Source: the human T2T-CHM13v2.0 reference genome, Homo sapiens. From it: a DNA stretch of 64,000 bases. The stretch lies in the NCBI RefSeq assembly GCF_009914755.1, contig NC_060932.1. One strand, given 5' to 3'. The translations under genes and the position numbers were made by a program. The notes under the pieces were generated by a model. The model had not been told where the DNA came from, did no database searches, and saw only the letters and a list, made by a program, of their open reading frames with translations. Positions 55,701 through 64,000 of this stretch are shown here, piece after piece (position 1 is the first letter of the stretch; each line of letters begins with the position of its first letter).

Positions 55701-55925
55701 CCTTTCCTTATATGATAAGTTGATAAGAGCAGCCAGACATGTGTAGTGGGCTGCTCCGCCCTCCTGGCTTAGCCGTTATCTTCCTGTAGGGGGTCACTAG
55801 CCAGGCAACAGGAAAAATCAGAGCAGAATGCCTGCCCTCCAACCAGGACCCATGCTGCAGAAACCCTCTGGGAAAAACCGATCTGTTACAGGACCCCTGG
55901 GCATTTCCTAGGCACCACCCCAATT
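55690..55925 (-). promoter_or_regulatory. ANGPT2: ANGPT2 proximal promoter
   Basis: TATA-like CATATAA; tandem GGAA ETS cores (55698-55708); two TGATAAG GATA motifs (55713, 55722); GC box CTCCGCCC (55754); CAACAGGAAA FOX:ETS-like (55806); CACCC box (55916). Confidence 0.8.
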
Positions 55926-56378
55926 AAGTATTTCCTAGAGAGAGCAGTTGATCTCTTTTGTCTGAAACTGATTTTTGCCGTGCTAAGCTGGCAAAATATC
56001 TGAGGTAATAACTTTAATGTTGAAGTACAATGAAAGTTCCTGTTTTTTCCTTTAGGAATAAAAATACTACAAATAGGTCAGGACTTCGGTTTATTTTTGT
56101 TATTACAAATAAAGAGGAAGAAGTTTGGCTCCTGTAAACGTGTGCCTTTTCAGAGGGAAAAATAGATTCATTGATTTTAGTTGATTCTTGAACCACTAGC
56201 CAAGTTACAAAAGATTTTCATTTCCGAACAGTTGGATAGAAAGATCTGTTATTAAGTCACGTTAGAAACATCAGTTTCTGAGCTCTGACCTTTATTCTTT
56301 AAAAAAACTCCACTTGGATATTCACTCTAAAAATACACTGTACTGATTAAGTTCATTACATTACAATAGAGAAATTAG

Positions 56379-56711
<333 letters not shown>

Positions 56712-57869
56712 CACAAACTTCTTTATTGTGTCAGAATTTGTTGACATCTCAGCATTTTGTAACACATTATCAATTACATTAGTCCCCCTTGGTATTAGAC
56801 TCGGGCAAGTCACTTCCCTGTTTTAATTAAGCTCTAATGTTCTCATCTGTGCAATTCAAGGGGTGCACTCACAAGATTTTTCACCTTCAATCCTATGGCT
56901 CTGTAAGTTCTACAAGTCACTTCCTTTAACAACTAAAACTTAATACTTCAGAGATTAATAATATGTTAACTCAGCAGCCCAAGTGTACATAGGGAAAAAG
57001 CCCCCTGCCTTTGCTGCGGTTTGTTTATCTCTCAAGGTACAAGGTTTATTATTCCCAGCGAGCGCTGAATAGCTGGTACACTGACTTAACAGACCACATC
57101 TACCCATAAAAGATCTTTATTTTTTACTAAGCTCTAACCGAAAGACAGCCTTTCCCTTATCAATGAATAGTTAACGAACAACAGTGTGAATATCTGTGAC
57201 TTTCTCATCCTCAGAAATCAGCTCTTTTTATTTGCTGCCACAATACTCAGAACTACATTTTTATTAAACCCAGCCCTAGATCTTGCTACTGAACATTGGA
57301 ATAAAGTAGCATGTGTCTTCTTTTGAGAAGGTGTTTATAGGCTTCACCAGACAACCAAAGGGTTCTGTCACACAGAAAAGCTGGAAGACATGCTCTGGAA
57401 GGATCTCATTAGTAGAAGAGGTAGTATGATTCCACCAAGGTTCTGGACATGGTTTCCACTAAGGGAACCAATTAAAGATGCTATACCCATCCGGACAGTG
57501 CACCGTCGAAGAAAGCATATAGGTCTTAAAGATGAGACCTGTGTTAGAACCCTGCTTCTGTGTGACCTCCAGCAAATGCTTCCATTCTTGGAGCCTCAGT
57601 CTCCCTAGTCATAAGATGGAGATCATTTTTTCTCTGTAGGGTTTTTAGGATTAAGATATAATTGTATGTTTAGAAATATTTGTTCCTTTTCTTTACAGGC
57701 ATGCTCCATTAAATGGGGATCAGTTCTTCCACCATCAAATAGTATAACTCTGCTATTCTCTGAATGCAAAGCAGTGGCAGTGGCATAGGGTACAATTTTT
57801 TTATTTCCTGTTTGAAAAAGCATATTGTAAGGTATTAATATCACATATGTGGTTTTACCTTTTTTCAAG

Positions 57870-57998
57870 ATTATTTTTTGTAGAGACGGGGTCTCACTCT
57901 TGTTGCCCAGGCTGGTCTTGAACTCCTGGCATCCAATGATCCTCTTGCTTGGCCTCCCAAAGTGCTGGGATCACAGGTGTGAGCCACTGTACCTGGCC
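57870..57998 (-). mobile_element. FLAM / Alu left monomer
   Basis: Single monomer TGTAGAGACGGGGTCTC...GAGCCACTGTACCTGGCC. Confidence 0.85.
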
Positions 57999-58407
57999 TG
58001 CATATATGGTTTTAAAAGTCATTCAGTTGTCTTCCAGGCAAATAGAGTAGTTTAAAAGGAACAAATAGAAAGAGGGCACACCACAGTACTTTTTGTCTAC
58101 CAGCCTTGTGTCAGACACCATGCTATGCACTGGGGATAGAGATTAAGGCAACTGGGTGTCTGACCTAAAGAAGCTAATAGTGTATGGAGAGGGAGAGACC
58201 CATAAACAAATTGGATGTGGTAAGAGAGAGCAGTCGGAGCACAAAGAAAGACAGTGATGCTTCCGGGTGCACAATATGCCATGTGCAGCTGGCATGGACT
58301 CCATCCTTTTCAAATTCCCTCAAGTTCCGAACATGGAAGGAACAGCTCTTTGTAGATTCCTAAATGGAAATTATCGGAACCAGAGAGTCAGGGGAAGCTC
58401 TAGTAGA

Positions 58408-58707
58408 GCCGGAGTTGGCAAACTCTGTCCAGTGTCAGATGGTAATTATTTTCGGCTCTGCAGGCTATACGGCCACCATCGCCACCACTCAAAGGTAATG
58501 CGGTGCAAAGCAGCTGTGGGACAGCATTAACTGAGTGAGCGTGCTGGGCTCCAATAAAGCTTTATTCGTGATACTGAAATTTGAATTTCTTGTAATTTTC
58601 ACATCATGAAAGATTCTATTTTCTGCAATCATTTAAAAGTTTAAAAACCATTCTTAGCTCATAGGCTGTTAGAAACCGGGCCTGGACTGTAGCTTGCTGG
58701 CCTCTGA
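58408..58707 (+). mobile_element. MER58B-like hAT-Charlie element
   Basis: GGAGTTGGCAAACT...CCAATAAAGCTTTATT...AAAAACCATTCTTAGCTC...GTAGCTTGCTGGCCTCTG. Confidence 0.75.
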
Positions 58708-58741
58708 GAGCCTAGGTGGTCTGTGGGGGTAGGAGGTGCTG

Positions 58742-59892
58742 GGCAAGGCCGTCCACAGTGCACGCGGTGTGGTGACCGTGTGTGGTTGGCAAGGCTGTCA
58801 GCAGTACACACAGTGCAGCAACCACCGTGTGTGGTCAGCAAGGCCATCCACAGTCCACACAGTGCAATAACCGTGTGTGGCGAGCAAGGCTATTGACACT
58901 GTACGCCGTACAGCGACCGTGTGTGGTCAGCAAGGCCATGGAGAGTGCACACAGTACAGTGACCACCTGTGGTCGGCATGGCCATCAACAGGGCACACAG
59001 CACGGTGACCATGTGTGATCAGCAAGGCCGTGGATAGTGCCCGTGGTGTGGTATCCATGTGTGATCGGCAAGGCCATGGATAGTGCATGTGGTGCGGTGA
59101 CCCTGTGTGATTGGCAAGGCCATGGATAGTGAACGTGGTGCGGTGACCGTGTGTGATCGGCAAGGCCATGGATAGTGCACGTGTTGCGGTGACCATGTGT
59201 GATCGGCATGACCATCGACAGTGCTTATGGTGTGGTGACCGTGTGTGATCCGCAAGGCCATGGATAGTGAGTGCACACGGTGCGGTGACCATGTGTGATC
59301 AGCAAGGCCATGGATAGTACACGCGGTGCGGTGACCATGTGTGATCGGCAAGGCCATGGATAGTGCACGCGGTGCGGTGACCGTGTGTGATCGGCAAGGC
59401 CATGGATAGTACACGCGGTGCGGTGACGATGTGTGATCGGCAAGGCCATGGATAGTGCACGCGGTGCGGTGACCATGTGTGATCGGCAAGGCCATGGATA
59501 GTGCACGCGGTGTGGTGACCGTGTGTGATCGGCAAGGCCATAGATAGTGCACGCGGTGCGGTGACCGTGTGTGATCGGCAAGGCCATGGATAGTGCCCGT
59601 GGCGTGGTGTCCATGTATGATCAGCAAGGCCATGGATAGTGCACGTGGTGCGGTGACCGTGTGTGATCGGTAAGGCCATGATAGAGCATGCAGTGCGGTG
59701 ACCGTGTGTGATCGGTAAGGCCATGATAGAGCATGCAGTGTGGTGACCGTGTGTGATCCGCAAGGTCATGGATAGTGTACACGGTGCGATGACCATGTGT
59801 GATCCGCAAGGTCATGGATAGTGCACACGGTGCGGTGACCATGTTTGATCCGCAAGGCCATGGATAGTGCACACGGTGCAGTGACCACCGTG
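58742..59892. repeat. VNTR, about 25 x 46 bp, 3.0-4.2 kb upstream of ANGPT2 TSS
   Basis: Consensus GTGTGTGATCGGCAAGGCCATGGATAGTGCACGCGGTGCGGTGACC; 25 units counted. Confidence 0.97.
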
Positions 59893-60718
59893 TGAACAGG
59901 GGAGGACTGGTGCCTCGGCTCAGCCTTCTGTGTGGCTGCTTACAGGGGCTTACTAACGGGATAGAATAGGTGCTTAGAGAAAGTGCCACACTGAAGTGAA
60001 TTAAGGATGCCAGGTGGGGAGAGGGGCCAGGAAGTGGCCTGGGATGCAAGTGTGCATGGATGGGCGCTCAGCTGTGGCCCCTAGGGAAGTGGAGACATGG
60101 TCTGCCAGGCCACTGACCAGGAAGCCTCGGGGAGCCAATGGGAGGCGCTTGAAGGCATTAGGTGCAAAGCCTGGAGTTGTGGGTGTCCAGTAACACCACC
60201 ATGCAGCCTGGGGGTCTGAGGCCACCCATCTGGGACCCCTTCACTCTAAATGAGGCTTGACTAGGGGGATCTCAGAAGTCCACAGAAAATCTTGGGTGTT
60301 CCTCCCTGCTGTACTGACGGGACCACAAGAGGCAAGTGAGACTGTCAGATGAGAAACATTATTACAGGTTCCCAAAATCCACCTGCCTACCCACCCAATT
60401 TTTGTCTGTAATAGTTCTGCTGAACAGCTGTGCATAGTGCAATTTATTTCCTTAATACTGTTTGTTTTCTCCCCCATATTCTGTGTCGGCAACTGACATT
60501 TCAGAGGTTCCCATGTGTTCTCTGTGGAACTGTCTCAAGTTCTTATTACCCTGGTTGACGACACCAGAAAAACCATAGCTACCTACTCCCAGAAAGAGGC
60601 CAGTGTTACAAAGAATCTCGTGGCCAGCCCTTTTGGCTCAGTTTGCCCAGTTGGAGGCCCTAAGGCGCAAACCAGAAAAGCCAAAGGGCCTCCTGAGGAC
60701 CGTGGAAGTGGGTGGCGC

Positions 60719-60804
60719 GTGGACCCATCGCTAGCTGAATGTGGAATGTGGACCCATCGCTAGCTGAATGTGGAATGTGGACCCATCGCTAGCTGAATGT
60801 GGAA
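60719..60804. repeat. Perfect tandem repeat, 3 x 29 bp
   Basis: GTGGACCCATCGCTAGCTGAATGTGGAAT at 60719, 60748 and 60777 (last base of third copy differs). Confidence 0.97.
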
Positions 60805-63800
60805 AAGGACTTATGACAGTCAGACCATCCCAGGTTCCCCCAGAGCAATCCGTGCAGCTCTCATAAGCAACCAGAAACCAAAAAAGGATGCTAAGTCAGC
60901 ACAAAGTGGAGCAGCCCCCCAGCTATGGGTTGCCAAACAGAATTTGCTTGTGGGCCCCGTGACCCCTGCTGTTGTCCAGTTTAATGCTCAGCATTTATCC
61001 AGATCAAGGGATGGAAATGGGGCCACCAGCCTGACCCAGGCCCGGGGTCGTTTTGCTTTTCCAACCTGTACCATCCCAGCAATGCATTGCCAGCGTGCAA
61101 TTTGAAAAAGCCCTGCCGAGCTGAAAAACACATGGGAAGGGCTCAGACACACTTAAAGGCACATTGCTGCCCTGCATTTATACGGCATTTTGTGCTGACA
61201 TCGTTTTCCATCAGGCCTGGGCAGCCCCTCCTGAGACTGTCTCCCGCCTGCCGTCCTCAGCACGGCCTGCCCGGCTACAGTCTGCTTTCCTCCCACTGCC
61301 CCTGCCTGCAGGCCTTGGAGGCGGTGACTGCTGCAGACTTATTTGGGCAGCCTGGCCTTAATTTTTGGAAAGTGCCTTGTTGATGTATGAGGAACTTCCA
61401 CGGCTGAAACAGTCTAAAAAAATGAAGCTGGGACACTATGTTTTGATTTTAGCCATTTGCAGACAGAGGGGCACACTCGGGACTCTTGGGCGCCTGGCAC
61501 ACTAAGCTGGGAGGGACTTTTGAGACATCTTGGCCATCTAAATCAGTCAACATGTTTATATATACAATTTAATGTTCAGTATACAGGGAAAACCATTAGA
61601 AGGTTAGCTGCACATAAAACTGTTGTTAAAGTTATTTTTATTACTTCCCCCCACAAATCGTATGCAATAATTAATAAGAACTAGAGAAATAGCCACAACT
61701 GGCACAACACCTGCCCCTCTGCCAAAAGAAAAAAATCTTCTTTCTGAAGGCAGGCTCCCTATATAGTGATTCCTTTATATGCCTCCTGGAAGATCTGTTT
61801 CGACTCCATTTTGATATATGTTGAACCAGATTTGAAGACCCACAAATGCAGTCTAGAGCCATTTTGCAAAAGTGTTGCTGCATCAACCATTTCCATTCCC
61901 CAGTGCTGCTCATCATGTTACACTAGTGTTAAATCCTGACTTTGGAATGCGAGGAAGGACAGTTCCAGCCATGGGATTTCAAAAAAGTACCAAAGGAAAG
62001 CCCCTTCAAGTTACCGTTAAGACAGAAGAAAAGGAAGAAAAATATAAACACACACGTATAAACATGTAAGGTAGCTTTGGTCCCTATAACAGACAAGGAA
62101 ATCAAGGCTCCGTGAAGAGAGAGACAAGAATTCCCTTAGCCAAGTGCCTGTGTGTGTCTGTCTTTTATGTTAATGGTTATGAATTTAAGGAGAATTGAAA
62201 GCAATAATTTTGCCCCTCTTTAACATGGCAAATACAGCCTGCTTTAGAGATGATCAGCAATCACCATTTAGTACTGGCCGTCACCTCTGTGCAGCACAAA
62301 CACACATCCCGAGTGACAGAAGCCATTTCACTGCCAGAGACTCTTAGCGGCCTTCAGTTCTCTTGAGCTGGAGCCACTGGGTCTTGTATGAAAGCTCACC
62401 AGACATCTCATGTGGACCTCGGGCATCTGAGCCGGGACCATCCTATTACAAGTGCGGAAACCAGATCATTAATGCAGAGCTGAATTCAAATTGTTACTTG
62501 CTAGCTTAGGAAAGAATCCTTGGAAATCCAACATATTGTCTAAATGGATCAGTTAATCTTACTATGTGCATTCTACATACCCTTTCATTGTTTGGGCTTA
62601 AATAACTTTTCTGCTTTGTCTGGTTTAATTTCATCCAATGTGGATCGCTGGAAGAATATGATGTATGTTTTAGAATAGAAACAGTTCTGAGATGAAGTTG
62701 AGCACAATTTCCTGTTCTAGTTGCAATTAAATATAAATATAGCATTTGACATAAAATAGCTGGCCCGATATATTTAGAGTACAAGTTAAGTGTCATCCCC
62801 TTAGAATTGGGCATTGACTCCGTAGAATTCCCCTTTGTACAAGGTGAGCAAATGTATATTTTGTTAAAAATAAGTATCTGACTGCCAAAACGGACAGAAA
62901 GCTCTTTGCCATATGTGTTTTCAGGCCATTTCCTTTCCTGGGAAACAGCCATTTCCCCCGCATTATAGTTGTGTTTTCATTTGCGGGTAGATAGAGTAAG
63001 CGCAGGAGTTAAAGGACGCGGGCCTCCACAGCCAAGGCCTTATCTGGGACAATTATCTTTCTCCTTGCAGCTGTGTAACTTCTGTTTGACACAGAACCAC
63101 AGAAACCCTGTTAGTGGGAAGGATCACAGTTAATAGGAGAAAAATCTTCATTGTTCATGAGACTTCTCAGGTGCTTGGCATTCTTATTTAGGTGGCTTAA
63201 AAAAGTTCCAAGTACTCATTCATTCTAACTTATCTGTGTTCATTGTGAAATCGTGTGTGAATGACATTTGGAGCAGATGGATTGTTGTTTTTTTTTTTTT
63301 TTTTTTTTTAACAAACTTAAGAGATTCCCGAATCTTTCACAGTTTGTACTACCGCAAACCAGCATAACATCTGCTAAAGAATTTCATATTTTAAAGCTGC
63401 ACTGTACATCATATGGAACCTTAAGGACTTTGAAGGGAAGAGCTTTTTATTTACTGGTAGCTTGGGAAATATCCAAGTAACTATTTTTTAAGAAAAAAAA
63501 ATTCCTTGAGTTTTTAGAAATAGTTTATATAACTGTTATGCTGTTTGATTTTTAAATATTTTCATTCTCTAGTATTATTATGGAATATTTTATCTTCCCA
63601 TCAAAAAAATGCCAGAAGGTCAAGATAGAAGTCACAACATTAAAAGGGAGTGGATACAATTGTAAAACAATAGATGAGTACATTTGCCTGATAATATTTT
63701 TGCCAGTAATTCTGTGTCCTGTTTTCTCCCTGTAGAATGAAATGCTAAACATTTTTTTCAATGGATTGATGTCAGTGTTTACTAACATGACCTGTGTTAA

Positions 63801-64000
63801 GTCAAATAAAGTATTTCCTTTGACAAACACCATATTTCATTAGTGGCTTTGAGGTGGGCTTATTTGTTATAAGTCACATTAAATGTTCCCAAATCCATTT
63901 CATAAATGTTGTCGAGATCTCAAACTCCGTTGCTTCTAAAAAAATATGTCCAGTCTCTTTGTCATAACCATCCTAATAAAGATCTAAATTTCTTAGAGTG

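Noticed and set aside
58742-59892. CRISPR-like appearance of the repeat array
   Set aside because: Units are contiguous with no unique spacers, there are no cas genes, and the context is eukaryotic
58927-60049. Overlapping His/Thr/Pro/Arg-rich ORFs up to 204 aa on the minus strand
   Set aside because: Produced by the 46-bp VNTR, whose consensus lacks minus-strand stops in all frames; no splice, promoter or domain support

Overview
Human-type genomic DNA containing most of the angiopoietin-2 gene (ANGPT2) on the minus strand. It holds the promoter/5'UTR (about 55.4-55.9 kb), coding exons 1-8 (55371 down to 1336, all GT-AG, 1330 coding nt) and about 8 kb of upstream sequence; the last exon lies off the left edge. 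From prior knowledge (not visible in the sequence) this is 8p23.1, inside a large intron of MCPH1 on the plus strand. The rest is intronic: about 22 Alus, MIR/L1 fragments, DNA transposon fossils (Tigger5/MER47, Charlie1, MER2/Tigger3, MER58, MADE1), an ERVL-type LTR, microsatellites and tandem duplications. No prokaryote-style system is present, and almost all listed ORFs are non-coding. The best leads are: (1) a candidate hidden exon/internal promoter in intron 2 whose ATG-GAG-GAA|GTGAGT would splice in frame to exon 3; (2) a 5'UTR with a strong-Kozak mini-uORF and a stop-free in-frame leader containing an optimal-context CTG; (3) two unrelated VNTRs that both multimerise TGCRCNC/RCGTG motifs; (4) a perfect 105-bp tandem duplication near exon 3; (5) several enhancer-like motif clusters. 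Repeat family names and boundaries were assigned by eye and are approximate.
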